The translations under genes were made by a program, and so were the position numbers. A stretch of 64,000 bases of DNA. Origin: Trichoplax sp. H2 (taxonomy: Eukaryota). Shown piece after piece: positions 1 to 24,100 of this stretch (position 1 is the stretch's first letter; every line of letters begins with the position of its first letter). The notes under the pieces are model-generated. The model saw nothing but the letters and a program-made list of their open reading frames with translations. It searched no databases and was not told the origin of the DNA. The stretch covers positions 124,001 through 188,000 of the forward strand of contig NOWV01000145.1 in assembly GCA_003344405.1 (NCBI GenBank), in the 5' to 3' direction.

Positions 1-243
1 GATTGAGTGATATCACTTTCAAGTTAGCCTGGCAGTGATCTAATTTTGAACACTACTATTAGTCATTACGGAGAAGAAATGCTCATATGCGTAGATGATC
101 GAGCTTATCGATAAATGAATTGTTTGATTCCTTCATTTCATAACCATAGAGCTTAAAATAAATATTCCTACTATTATTAAGAGTTGTAATAAGTTTATAG
201 GAGTGGAAATGTTAATTTTTCATCCTCATCTATTTATTATTAG

Positions 244-928
244 TTATGGGCTACCAGCCTCAACCGCAACCTCAATATACTGCTATACCAATGACTGATA
301 GTGGCGAGCAGATGCACGTAACTCCAGTTGTTCAGCAGCCTGATGGAATGGGTGGAATGACTTGGGCACCAGATTATTCAGCTATGCAGAATAATAATCC
401 ACAATTTTTACCGACCGGACAAAGCAATGTCAATGTAAGCTACCTATTATTACTCGTCTTAATGGAATAATTTCATTTTCAATTAAAGGCATTATCAGCA
501 ATAGATTTAGTTGAAATTCATTACTTATAAGTGAAATTAAGCAATCAATCCATTTCTAATGAATTTCTATTCTGGTTTAGCCAAATGCATCTTTCCAGGA
601 CACACCAACAGCAAATCGTCTACCAACGACAAGCAATATAAATCAATCACAACGAACGCCAACATCTTTAGGTGGTCTATCATCACTTGATAGAACAGGA
701 CCTCGGGCGCAAAAATTGGCAGTAAGAAGTCCAGCAGGATTACAAGCTATGGAACCACTATCCAATACAGTTGATAGTTTTGCCAGTGGTGTATCTTCAC
801 AAAGCTCTAAACCTTTAATTAGAAGTATTAAAGAAGAATTACTAAAGTTGTCGACAAGAGGCTCTGTTCTATTAGATAACAAAGATACAAGTTCTACTAA
901 TCTTTTAGATAGCAGCCGCAATATATAA
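244..928 (+). CDS. Last two coding exons (244-434, 581-928) of a gene entering from the left; Pro/Gln/Ser-rich tail resembling the KIAA1549/UPF0606 family C-terminus
   Basis: AG at 242-243, GTAAG donor at 435, TTTAG acceptor ending at 580. The phase-0 join is open to TAA at 926-928. The terminal motif SSKPLIRSIKEELLKLS resembles the KIAA1549 C-terminal helix as I recall it (SASLIKAIREELLRLS). The exon structure is firm; the family call is tentative. Confidence 0.6.
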
Positions 929-3029
929 ATTAATTTTCAATTCTCTAAATTATGTATTTATGATACTGATTTTTAAAGTTCATTATTGATGGTCTAATTC
1001 ACGACAATATGTATACTGTGAGAATCGAAACAACAGAATATTTTTAGAATAATTTTCTCATCGATTGAGCATCTTTATTATAAGCGACTTTGTATTTTAA
1101 GATGCTATACTGAATTGAAAACAGATTTCTGTATAAAGTAACCTTTCTCTCTCTCTCTATATATATATAGAAAATAAGTTTAAAATGACAGTACTAATTC
1201 ATTAATTCTGGACCGCCTTAGATTTTTAACGGATATCATTTCCTACATGACAACATTGTACAGTTTATATATAATATTTTGTGTAGAATTGAACCATTAA
1301 TAAGCCAAGAAATAATAATTAATTAATTAATCCTACGTGAAAGGTATTACTGTTAGCTATGTTTAAGAATATTGAGATATATACTTTTAGTTGTATTTAC
1401 TCATTAAAATTGTATTTTATATATATATATATATAATGATCACCCTATGCCGTTGAATGGCATAGAACCATCTACGATGGTTATGCTACCGATTTGAAGC
1501 ATGATACAGTATATACATTTGACAGATATTAATCAAGTTATGCTTGCAGTCATCTATTGAACTAAGAGTATTGCACTAAAAACTATACTCTAATCATACT
1601 TTACAATGTTTCAAATGTAGCACCTAATGTTAACTGTGTGATTTCTATCGGCTTGTATTGTGAAATTGGTGAGGATTCTTACCTCGGAGTGTATTGACAA
1701 CGACCACAAACAAGATATAATCATTTTATTTATACATTTCTATTGACTGTTTAGCTCGGAAATTTTATAGGAATGACATTGTATTAAAATGGTAAAACTT
1801 TTAATTTACTTTGTAAAAGCTGTATCCACAGTCGATCTAAGTAGTATATATTTTCCTTTTTTCGGTACGTATAACTCGATTTTACTGAGTTACGAAAAAT
1901 AAATAAAATCGCTTTGACCCATGAATTTACAGTCTAGTAATGGCTATGATGCTAGGAATTGTTTTTAACTTTAAACTACTGTACCTGATGAGTGCAAATG
2001 TTCTTTTCTAGTTGGAAATTGAGAATAACAACATTACTGTACGATAGTAGGCATACAGTTGATGATAGTGCATTTTTATTGATCTTGAATGAATCAACGG
2101 TACTCATAATTAAGGTATTCTAAATATGAGTGGTAGATCTTTAGAAGTCTGTGAAGCATTTATGATAGACATTCCAAACACTAAGCTAAATATTCTTGTT
2201 TGCAAGGTGTATTTTAATGGATGTTGAATGAATCAACTGTATTTATATTACTCTAGTAATCAGGCATAGTAATATTGTTATTTTTAATGTAGCCAATCGT
2301 CGTAATAGTGCAATGATAGCTTCTGCGAACTGGGATTGAGCTCGGTTGCAAAGCTACTCTGTCTGTGATGCCTGTATGCTGACTGTGCTCTGAGTTATAT
2401 AGCAGAAGAGAAAAAATTTGTCGTTGACCAAAGCACGGACTAATAAAAAATAGTCCATAGTCAAGGCAGGAACTACTAAGATTGTCCGGACATGAAGTGT
2501 CCTTTCAGTGCCTTTAGCCTTTGACTCAATGACACCGGCAACTCTCCTTTGAGAGCCTGCAGTTTCTTAGTAGTTCCTTAATTAATTATCATTACTGGTG
2601 AAATCAGTGGAAATTCTAGGGAATATAGTCCGATTTGAAGTTAATCGAGTCTATCGCATCAATATGATTTGATAATGAATTAGTTACTATGGAAATCTGC
2701 ATGGACCGGAAACGAAAACAGAGTATAGACTGCTTAGTGTGACACTCTGATGCCTGTTTTAACTATATGATCATATACGAGGACTGTCTTTTATATAGAA
2801 ATTTTTGTCCTTATGTCCCACTCCCATCCTGTCTCATGTTTACTTGAATATCCTCTCATCAACCTGTCAAGATAATAAGGTAACATAGTAGTCAGTCAGT
2901 AATCGATTGGAGAACTGGCCGATCAAATACAAATAGTGTTGTACTTTCATAGTTAATATTCTAAGCTATTAATCCAATCATGTAATAAGGAAGTACGGCA
3001 GTGGTGTGGCTAGTTGAATAATAACGGAT

Positions 3030-4950
3030 TACTGTAGACACATTGCTAATGATTTAGAATATAGTCAGACAGTAGGCCTAGTGTATACGCAATGTATAGC
3101 GGCAGAAGAGATTTTGGAGGGTACTGTTAACTTTGTAAGCTTGCATGATAGCAATGTATGAACTGGAGCACGACATAAAACATTTTGCTTTCAATGCTTC
3201 AGTATTTTGGGTAAAATCAATGACTCTCACGCTGGCAATATTGAAGAACTTGTTTATCACTACAGTAGGCCATTTAAAAAGGAATGAGACAGATCTGTGC
3301 TATCAACACAATCATATAATAAGGAAGTGCGGCATTATTATGACCAGTCGAATAAGAGCGGACTACAGTTAACTGTCGACGCATTGCTGATGATTTGGAA
3401 TATATTCAGAAGAGATTTGCAGGGGTACTATTAACCTTCTAAGCTTGCATAATAGCAGCGTATGAACTGGAGTAGGACAAGGCTGCAGTCAAAACATTTT
3501 GCTTGCCATAGTTTAGTGTTTTAGGCAAAAATGAAGGACTTTCACGCTGGCAATATTGAATGACTTGTTCATCACTACAATAGACCATTCAATAATGAGT
3601 GCAATAGACCTGTGTAAAAGTTTTCACAAAGTTTTGCTATAACAGTAATAATAGCCTACAGTAGAGTGATTCTCGACTAGTTTGTGAGATGATGGGCAAA
3701 AAACTGCAATAAACGCTCATGAGAAAACTTTTGCCGTAGGCCTTTAACCACTATTATCCCTTGATATATTTTGATTTGTTGGCATAACTATCTACGCCAT
3801 TTTATATACACCTTGGAGCTTTTCTTGTTCAACTATTTTGATCCTTGAGGTAAGGGCCCCACCTATAAAATGCCGTCNNNNNNNNNNNNNNNNNNNNACA
3901 TTTTGCTTTCAATGCTTCAGTATTTTGGGTAAAATCAATGACTCTCACGCTGGCAATATTGAATGACTTGTTTATCACTACAGCAGGCCATTTAAAAAGG
4001 AATGAGGCAGATCTGTGCTATCAACACAATCATATAATAAGGAGGTGCGGCATTATTATGACCAGTCGAATAAGAGCGGACTACAGTTAACTGTCGACGC
4101 ATTGCTGATGATTTGGAATATATTCAGAAGAGATTTGCAGGGGTACTATTAACCTTCTAAGCTTGCATAATAGCAGCGTATGAACTGGAGTAGGACAAGG
4201 CTGCAGTCAAAACATTTTGCTTGCCATAGTTTAGTGTTTTAGGCAAAAATGAAGGACTTTCACGCTGGCAATATTGAATGACTTGTTCATCACTACAATA
4301 GACCATTCAATAATGAGTGCAATAGACCTGTGTAAAAGTTTTACTAAAGTTTTGCTATAACAGTAATAATAGCCTACAGTAGAGTGATTCTCGACTAGTT
4401 TGTGAGATGATGGGCAAGTAGGGAGAGAAAAATCCTTATGCTATGTCCATTGTATTACGTGAATTGTAGATATATATATATATATATAATGATTAGTGGT
4501 AGTGGCACCGAGGGGCTTTCCGGGTCTTTCTCCATTTTTTTTTTGAATGGAAAGAGAAAAGGTTTCCTACAACACAACGACCGCTCCTACAAAATGCCGT
4601 CCCCAAAACTGCAATAAACGCTCATGAGAAAACTTTTGCCGTAGACCTTTAACCACTATTATCCCTTGATATATTTTGATTTGTTGGCATAACTATCTAC
4701 GCCATTTTATATACACCTTGGAGCTTTTCTTGTTCAACTATTTTGATCCTTGAGGTAAGGGCCCCACCTACAAAATGCCGTCCCCAAAACTGCAATAAAC
4801 ACTCATGAGAAAACTTTTGCCGTAGACCTTTAACCACTATTATCCCTTGATATATTTTGATTTGTTGGCATAACTATCAACGCCATTTTATATACACCTT
4901 GGAGCTTTTCTTGTTCAACTATTTTGATCCTTGAGCTAAGGGCCCCACCC
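3030..4950. repeat. Nested local duplications around an assembly gap
   Basis: About 3179-3697 recurs almost identically at 3898-4417, right after the 20 Ns at 3878-3897. A ~178-bp unit (aaaactgcaataaacgctcatgag...gggccccacc) occurs at ~3700, ~4605 and ~4786. About 3030-3300 and 3375-3610 are older diverged copies of each other. Confidence 0.9.
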
Positions 4951-5887
4951 TTCGTTGACAAGACTGATCAACACCTCCTTGGAATAGAGTGACCAGTACA
5001 GGAGTTAAACTGTTAGTCTAAGCAGTGTATCGATTGGGAGAATATGTTCTTGTATGACAGCCCACTGCGGGACTCGCTATGCCTACAGTATACAGTCCTT
5101 TTCACTGGTGTACACACCGTACTTGGTACAGTAAGAAGCTTCCGTCCGTCGGATTTGCTGGCATCAGCAACGAAAGTCCAACGTCGGCCATTCCACTGTT
5201 GGGCTGCTTGCTGTGCATTTTTGTTAGTGGATTTATTATTTATTTATAGCTTTTCTCTCTCTATTACTGCAGTGTTATCCACTTGAATAGCTCATTACAG
5301 TTATAACAGTCTTGTTGATGTGCTTCATCATAAGCTGTGAAAGACTGTTTGTATTCTATTTGCAGTGAGGATTGTACACCTTCATAAGCTTGTCGGAGTT
5401 AGTCTAACGTTGGTACGCAAACATCAATCTATTTTCCATAGTTATTCCTATTGTATTTGGATTGGTCTACGTTAATTGGCCTATCGATCTCTGTGGTCGC
5501 TAACTCGTCGTGATAGTTTGGCATCCATTTTTTTTTCCAATTCCTGATGACAATCAATTGAGATCCAGTAGCATCAATTTAAAGCTGTAGAAAGTTCTTA
5601 TAGTTTTCTTCTTTCTTCTACCCCTTCCTCCCCCTCCTCCTGGTCTATCGGTTGGCGTAGTAGAAGAGTAGAATCATCTTTCAAACTGTTGTGACTTGGT
5701 GGACTCTTGACCGACTTGTTATTAATTACCCAAGTCATATTAGCTAGCATTTCAAGACATTGGTTTCCACTAGCTACCAGTGTATTTCTATCGGCCAACA
5801 CTCATCCACTGTCTGAATCAAAATCCTTCAGCGAATAATAAGGTCAATAACGGCTGGCAGCGTTAGTATACTTTCTCGATCAAATCA

Positions 5888-8800
5888 ATGGAATGGTTAG
5901 GCTTAGGGTAAGTTGAAAACGATTTGAAGCATTCAATGTTGATCACGGCTTCCAACTTTACCGTCTGTAGTAGAATCGATCGAACAATGTGTGTATATAG
6001 ACTACAAGATTTACTTCTAGTGATGGAGTAGGGCTAAATTTTACTTTAGAAAGATAGAAATCAATTTAATTTTAATTGAGATATTACCACCATCGAGACA
6101 ATATTATACCAACAATATACAGTACAAATAATAGTAGAAAACTAGGCTGTTTACATACTAAAGGATCAGTTAACTAGAGACAGAGAGTTAGCCAATTTTT
6201 CCTCCTTTCTTCCTTTGGACTCCATTGACTATCGTCAACATCGGTTTGTTTTCACCTTCATCGTTCAACATAACGACCATCTAATCGACATCAACATTCT
6301 TTTATGTATAGGAAAGGGAAAAAGAAAGCTGTAGTTGAAGAGAAAAAAGCTTACTTGGATAGTAAATTCCTCCATCATAAGATTGTCGACTTCGATTTTG
6401 TTCATGGTGTTAAATTACCACCAGGCGTCGATTTAAACGAATGGCTGGCAACTCATGGTAAATACCATCCATACTTTCTTGTCAATAGTCGAGTACAACT
6501 TAACCTGTCTAAAGTGCACTTATCCAACATCTGCATTTTGCTATAAACTCTCTTTTCTTCAATTTTATCGGTACTTTCTATACTTTGCCAATAGAACGAT
6601 TGATTCTCTTTGGCTTGATTGATCTGACTTTTGAACTATGTCATTATTGTATAATCGCTTAACCTACAGTAAGATACCCTGCAGATATTTTCCTTCTTTT
6701 TTTTCCGCTTGATGTCGTCATGGTCATACAGTAGGTGCTGTCGTAATGATTGATTGTCTAGATAAAAATATCGACCATTTCTACCGACAAACTATTGCAA
6801 ATGTGTATCGTGACATCGACAACGCTAACACTTATTTTGACCATGGATAGGGCAACATTCAACCGCTACTTTACACCCTAAAAATCTCACATTTTCATCA
6901 GTGATACTCGATTAGAAACTATGTCATCATTACGCCTAGATAGGGCTTTATACGCTAAATTTTAGTAGGATAGCTTTACTTTGTTGATGGATTAATAGGC
7001 GTAGTCGACGTTGCTGAGTTTAAAAAGATCAAGCTGCTATGGAGAAAAAATGATAATACTAATCATTCTTTATACTTGTTAATGATGTAATTATAGCTGT
7101 CAACTTTTTCAAGAATATTAACTTGATCTTTGGCACTGTCAACGAACAGTGTACAACCGCTAACTGCCCGATCATGAACGCTGGTGCTACGTAAGTTCAA
7201 TTAACTCTTGTTAATTTCATGGTGAAATACAATACTAGACTTGTGCGATAGGACGAGTAATTTTTGCTGTTCTGTTCTATAGCTTATAGCTACAAGAATA
7301 AAATTACTGTAGTACCTTTGGTACCTTTAGCGAATGCACTACTCAAAGCTGCACATATTTTGGGCATTCTTTATCATCAAGCTCATCAGTACTAATTTTT
7401 TTTTGTTGTGGGGCTTTTAATCTCATACTTCCCCCGACGATAATTGTACGCTAGATATCCATCCTATAGTGTTCTAATAAAAGAGAAAGACTTTTCTTGT
7501 ACCATTGGTCTTAGGACAAAATGTCAACTATTAAATACCTCGCTTTCATTTAGATTGATTTGTATTACATCAAATCCATTCTATTCGTAGATTTGATACC
7601 TTTTATTGAACATAGACTCTACTAGTAGAGGAAAAATAATCTACTGGAGGTGTTAAAGAAACGATTGTTTTCATCTATTACTGTACTTTGTTCTACGCGT
7701 ATAACTTAACTACTGGTTTCATATTGTTCACCATCTATCCTTATCCGATTATCATCAATAAATAATAAGAATGTATTAAATAATATTTACTATTAGTAGA
7801 CAAATGTGATGACGATAAATGATTACGACATAAAGTTATTGTTTAGTCATAATTTCTTCGATATTGGCATTTTTTTTCTTCTAGTCAATACAATTGGTAT
7901 GATGATAAAAATAAGAAAATTAAATTGTCAGCACCTCAGTACATTGATACTGTGATGTCATTTATCGAAAAACAAGTTAATGATGAAGAAATTTTCTCAA
8001 CTAAATATGGTATGTTCACTACGATTGGATAGATAGCAATATATAAGTTAATAGCGGAGTATATTGAGAGAATTGTTTGATGTAATCCATTGCTAATATT
8101 GTTATCGATTGCAATACTTTAATGCTTATAATAGATAAAATTGAGTGATCAAAAATGATGACGAGAATAAAGTAGGATACTCTTCTATTCCTTTGGCTGT
8201 AGTAGACGTCATTATTAAGGTCATCAACTACGATAAAAAAGCGTTTGAATGCTACAATAATTAACCTTAGGCGAAGATGACCGTTGCCATTGGATTATAC
8301 AGTCTCATTGAGTGAATGTTTTTACACTAAAATATGTTTGTCGTCATTATCGGTAACCGTTGTATAGAAATCTAGTAGAGTATGGAGTAACCTAGATATA
8401 GAATCAATTTTGCATTAACATTTCTAAAATAATGTGTATACTGTCGATCAGCAATAGCACACAGTACCGTAGCAGAAAACAGACTAATTATAATCATTTA
8501 TATCATTTCACTGTGTCAATGTCATAAGATATTAAGTAGTTACATTGATTATTACTTCAGCTCGATTAATTTGTATCTTAATATGGCTTATTGCATAGTA
8601 TATGGAGGAGAAAAATGTTCTAAGTAATGACCTTGATTGAGTATGCTCGATTGCATAATATTGCTAGAACAATAGTTAGAATACATCAATACAACTATGA
8701 ATATACCATCAAGCCTCAGACGATAATCTGTCCGAGTGTATAATATATACATCTATGATCATATCGTATTTTGAATAACTTTTCAACGCTGCCGAGCCCC

Positions 8801-9471
8801 TTGATATAGTACTAATACGTACATTAGTTCATTTTCGGATCTTAACTGTCAACGAAGGTATTATTACTTTCACGATTTATCCTACATACAAATTTTATAT
8901 CCACGTATATCGACTCACATGCAGTACGCAAATTGCGATGGTAAATTCCGATACTGTAAACTATAGTACTGTATATTGATACGCGAATAATGTCAACTCA
9001 TATTCGTGTTGTCTAGTTATAGGTATCGCTAAGCATCATGATATCAGACAATCACTGGTTTTAATCTACCATACTAGTAGTTGATAGGGACAAGACATAA
9101 CACTATTTAAATGAATTGTAATGCATACTGCATTAAACTTATGTTATAAATTGAATTAGCCAATGTAAATCTTTATTCTTAATTAAATAGTACTAATTAT
9201 TTTTTCGCTCCTCCTTTATATACTATTTCTAGGCACAGAATTTCCTTCTTGCTTTCAAAATATTATTAAGAAAATTTTTAAAATATTATTTCATGTTATC
9301 GCACATATCTATCACTCACATTTTCAAACTATAATTGATCTCGAAGAGAGTACACATCTAAATGCATTACTCTTACATTATGTTCTATTTACTAGAGAGT
9401 TTAACTTATTAGATGAAAAGGAGACGAGTCCACTAGATGATTTAATACAAATGCTAAAAGCAACAACTTAA
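5888..9471 (+). CDS. MOB2: MOB kinase activator 2 (Mob1/phocein family), 5 exons
   Basis: Exons 5888-5907, 6312-6457, 7097-7190, 7885-8009, 9233-9471, all GT-AG and in frame. Translation: MEWLGLGKGKKKAVVEEKKAYL...LPPGVDLNEWLATH...CPIMNAG...QYNWYDD...SAPQYID...FSTKYGTEFP...LFHVIAHIYHSHF...FTREFNLLDEKETSPLDDLI. The N-terminus is MOB2-type. Confidence 0.95.
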
Positions 9472-10316
9472 TTGCATACCCATGCAACGGATAGTAGAAT
9501 ATAGACTTTGTCAATAAAAATTTTTTACACTACTGTATAGAAGATTGCAAAGTTGATATACACAACAGCACGGTTATATTTCTTGCTACTTTTAAAATCG
9601 ATCACTGTCATTGTTATAGATAGACTCCATTTATTGTTATAGGAACTTTACAAAAAATTTTATGTCATATCAGATTGTGTAATAAAAACACAGTCAAATG
9701 TCTTACACGTATACATATTTACATTGACGGACGGACTTTTCTTTCTATTCAACAAAAAATTAAACACTGTTTAAAATGAGTGAAAGACCAAATAAGCTAA
9801 AGATATTGGTTATAAAAGTGAACGTTGTTGAGTATAATGCAATTTGTTGTTTTTCTTCTCGGGTAGCAAAAAGTGCATGTGTACGATCTGACGTACTGTT
9901 AATTAAGATTCTGAGCAGTAGAACTTCGAATTCGCTAGCTTAAACAAATTAGTATAGTCATATGGTTTCGGCTAAGAACATTTTCACTGCCAAAGGTAAT
10001 TTAAAAATAGCCAATGAAAAAATTCACTTCACAATTGTAGCATGTTCTAAATTTCCTAATATTGGCCTATTAAAGAATGCTTGTGCCAAAGTTTATCATT
10101 AATTATAGTTAGGGAACGAGGTAGTATACTCTATACATTTTTCATGTAATACTCGCATAACCTAGTGACTAATTGAAGTTGTCCGCAAAAGAACATTAAG
10201 AAAATCTATCCATTAACTTTATAGATTGTAAGATGCATTCAAAGCTTAAAATTTTATACGAATAATAACTAAGATGATAAAACACCACATAAATGGATAT
10301 CACACTAAAGAAATCT

Positions 10317-20058
<9,742 letters not shown>

Positions 20059-20464
20059 TTTTTTTTTTTTCCCCTCAATCCTGGAGCTTTCTTCTCAACA
20101 CCGCGTACTCACAATGAATCAAATAAAGCAACGCTTGGATTGCCAATGGAAGGAATGAGACTGGTACTAGTATTGTATCAAGCAAGAATGGATATCAATC
20201 CAGTAAGACGATAACGATCCACTGGTCAATTAATGAATGGAAGAATTGCAATCTTGGCACCTCGATGAGCCTGCGATGGATACTGTAGACGATCTGTAAA
20301 ATAAAAATAAGACACAACCAAGCTCAACGAGGATAATCTCTCTCTCTCTCTCTTTACTGATTGACAGAGTGCTATCTAATAACGAGTATTAGATAGTATA
20401 CAAACTGCTTGTCGCTGATAGGTACAATTTCTACTCGGCCAGTCAATCAAACCGAGTGGAGTGC

Positions 20465-21130
20465 AGCTACAGACTACAGTACAGTACAGTACAGTACGAT
20501 CATTGGACTGCCAGTACTAAGTACTGTAATCACTTCGATACGGTATGGTGCGGTGCGGTGCGGTACGCCATCGATCGATTGCTGTGTCATGCAACCGCTG
20601 GCTGACGCTATAGTAATCGACTTGTAGAGTGTACAGTACTCGCACTGTACACTCTACAGTATCCAAAAAACAAAACACTGTACTGTACTGATCTTATTCG
20701 TCAAGTCAGTCTAGACCTGTCAGAGGTAAGCCTTCAGACACGGTCAATAGTCGAGAGCTTGCTCAATGCTTATGGCTGAAAATGGACTAAATGACTGTAC
20801 TGCGATTTTTGTCCTCTCGTAACGCGTCATAAAATTTTGCACTTTGCAGTTCACAAGGTCGCCCCGTTGGCCGCAATCCACGACTGTGCTTTACAAAACA
20901 TGGTCCAGCGCTATACTGTGTAGCCCAAATGAATTGGTGCATCTTGAATACTACTACAGTATACTGTACAGTACAGTACTACAAGAGCTCTACAGTGTAC
21001 AGTATGTTATCTACAGTACTGCCGAGTCCAAACGATACTGTACAAGAAGCAGACAGTGACGTAGGCAGTGACGTTCATGCTCGACGTACTGTACAGTACT
21101 ACTATGCTACTGTCAGACTCGATACAGTAG
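20465..21130. promoter_or_regulatory. GTAC/TACAGTA-rich, CpG-enriched island upstream of BRSK; includes a perfect 15-bp inverted repeat
   Basis: A (CAGTA)n run at ~20477-20497, (CGGTG)n at ~20546-20565, many tactgta/tacagta words, and arms tgtagagtgtacagt (20623-20637) and actgtacactctaca (20644-20658). The regulatory role is inferred from position only. Confidence 0.45.
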
Positions 21131-24100
21131 GCAGGCTAAAAGTAGAAGGAAAAGAATCGAACCCCCATCACAACGAGTCGATAAAATACAGCATACTGCT
21201 ATACCTGACTCGATATCACTCGTAGATAGGACACATATCCACATCGCGAGGGTTCGGTTAATGTAACGAGTCGATAGGACATCGATCATTCACCGTCTTC
21301 AATTGCAAGTCTGGATCAATCGAATATACTGTACTAGACGAGGATATTGCACAATGCAAGTCCAAAAATGACTACCCTATGCCCAAATGCCTAAAGCCAT
21401 ATCATTTGTAATGTAAGTTACGTTAATTTACCCTCAATGATTCAATCAGAAAAGGAAAGATAATGGATAGGACTGGATAAAATGTTGACAAAACTATGAC
21501 TTGGAAAATGGCAACTTTGTCTGACACCATTTACGTATAAATTACTGCACAGCATTAATAAATAACAATAATACCCTGATCAATAAAAGACATGAATAAT
21601 ATAGCATGATAATAGCCCATGTAAATGAATAAAACAAAAACGATAATGACGTATTTTGCTACGCATGGGCTGCTTTCTGTGTTGATTGTTTGTTGATAGC
21701 GACGCCGATCATCATGAACTAGTGGTGAGCTGGAGTCAACAGTGGAATGCTCTAACTCTCTACAGTAGAGACGATTGTCGCAGTAATGGCACTACTGTCT
21801 GTAAATCTGTACTCTATCATCGATCGATGCGTGTAAGGAAACTGTACTTACAACTAATTTATGCCGCTCTATAACTGTCTACTGATACTTGGTGTGGAAC
21901 TGTCAATCCGACAAAAGAAGCATCTTCTCTATTCATAATCACAAGGTTGAATAGCCGCTTGCTTACCTATTCTTAGCATATAAACTACACTAATCAGTTC
22001 TGCCAAGAAAAAAATATTTACCACAGTAAATATCATCATCAGTGTTGAAGAGTCATTACGTATCGACTCTTGTACTGTTGAAAACTTTCCTTACGGTAAT
22101 AAACAAGTGTCGGTATCGGCAGCATTTCAAGATGTCCTATTTGCTTAGGATACAATATTATACAGTATATAATAAAATTGATTATTTATTCTATATTACT
22201 CTGAGACATGTGTACATACGACTCTACCTCATCATCGAATAAATGTGGACATTCTTATAACGTCAATCACTACTAGAATAGAATCGTAATGCTTGTTTTA
22301 AATGCTAAAGTCACTCACAACCATGGCTAATAATTGTAAATGATGTTATTTTGGATCGATTGAAACAAAGACTGTATTGTTACTTGTCCATCATGTTTTT
22401 ATCATATTTTTGATTATCTAATCTATTTACTATGATTATGGATAGATAATACAGAGAATAACGGTGAACAAAACATTATTATAGCCCTACGCTATATGTT
22501 CATGCTTCATCATCACCTTGGGATCGAATGTGGGCAAATCATATACTGTACTCTTTGTCACTTAATATATCAGCGTACAGCAGTAGAAATCTTTGACAAC
22601 GAGCAAACCGAGCAGATAGCGTAAACCATCAAAACAAATTTGGATTTTCAAGTGACACATGTCTTCCCATCGATTATACAGTATAATATTATAGTAACTC
22701 TATCACACAAGACATCCAATTTATGATGTCACTCATAGTATACGTAGCATCACTTACTTCCTCACCACTGGATAGATAGCTGCAAAGGATCCTTTTCCAA
22801 AGTTAATTTACAACATACTTCATGTCCCAAAATTCGGTCTTTATCACTGACACACTGATCGATTGAAAAGCCAACCGTCAACACGTTACTCTTGAACGTA
22901 GCATTTTAATGTACTGTATAACCTTAATACGTATCCTATAATGACGCTTGAAATACTATACAGTAATTAGCATAAATTAATCATTTAATGACTAATTTAC
23001 AAGTTATTTACAATTACTTCAATAACAAAACTCCATTCTTTTCTTACTAGTCTACATATCAACGCAATAAATACCAGATTCTATGTCATACATATAATGT
23101 CGGTAATTGGTCAGTTAGACATGCACAAAAGCTATTTTTCTTCTCATTGTCATCATTTTTCCCCTTGTAATCTGACTAAAATACGCTGAGCGCTAAGTTG
23201 ACGATCAACTAGCATGACTTTAACATCAGTAGACAGGATAGCGATTAAACCAAGAGGTCATCGTCAATCTATACATTTACCTTTATTTTGTCGCTCTAAA
23301 ATTGGTGGATATATTTCCAATACAAGCGATAGAAATGTATTATGATGAATCCATGTAATCTGTCCAAAATCGACTGTTATTAGTCAATATTCAATTCCTA
23401 CAATGGGCCAGCCAATACGCGCAAAATAAAAAAAGGAACCGTTGCCGTTCGATATGAAATTAATTAATAACCGATCAACTCAAAACTCTAGTATAGAATA
23501 ATGATGATTATATTTATTAAATCATTTTCCGATATATTATTGCATTAGGGTACAAGTAGGCGGACTCCTTCAGACGCCTTACGACCGTAACCAAAGCACA
23601 TACTTGTACTTGTAAACAAACCATGAATGGAGCAGTTGTCTCTCTTAGTAAATTCAAATCAAAGTGTACAAAATGATTGTCTGTTTTTCGCCGTGATTAT
23701 ACAACGGTTACACAATGCAAGACGAAAATAGCTGCTATAAATCTGTCAACAAGTAGACGTTTGTGTATTTTTATCTGAAACACAAGCAAGTTTAAGATCA
23801 TGGAAACATGGCAGCGACTTTTTGGTAGCGAGAAAGAGTTGCCGTTGTCGTGATTACAGTAACAGTTTACAACGCTACACCATGACTGGAGTAACATAAC
23901 TGATGGAATGAATGAATATTTGTTTGTAACAAGTACAATCAATTCGCTCTTGCAATTGAATGTTTTCTTGTGGTCGGAACAAAGCGTTAAGATGTGCAAT
24001 AATGATCCTAAGCTTTCTTAGACATCCAAGCAAAATTGTTTCATGAATAATTATAAATTAGCAGTATCATAAGACAAATGAATTAAATTACAAAAATTGA

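Noticed and set aside
3179-4417. ~520-bp near-identical duplication as a biological direct repeat or LTR pair
   Set aside because: It straddles the 20-N gap and differs by only a few substitutions. Overlapping contig ends or two haplotypes is the simpler explanation.
20409-21225. Short plus-strand ORFs rich in STV/YST/VQY
   Set aside because: They are translation by-products of the TACAGTA/TACTGTA low-complexity island.
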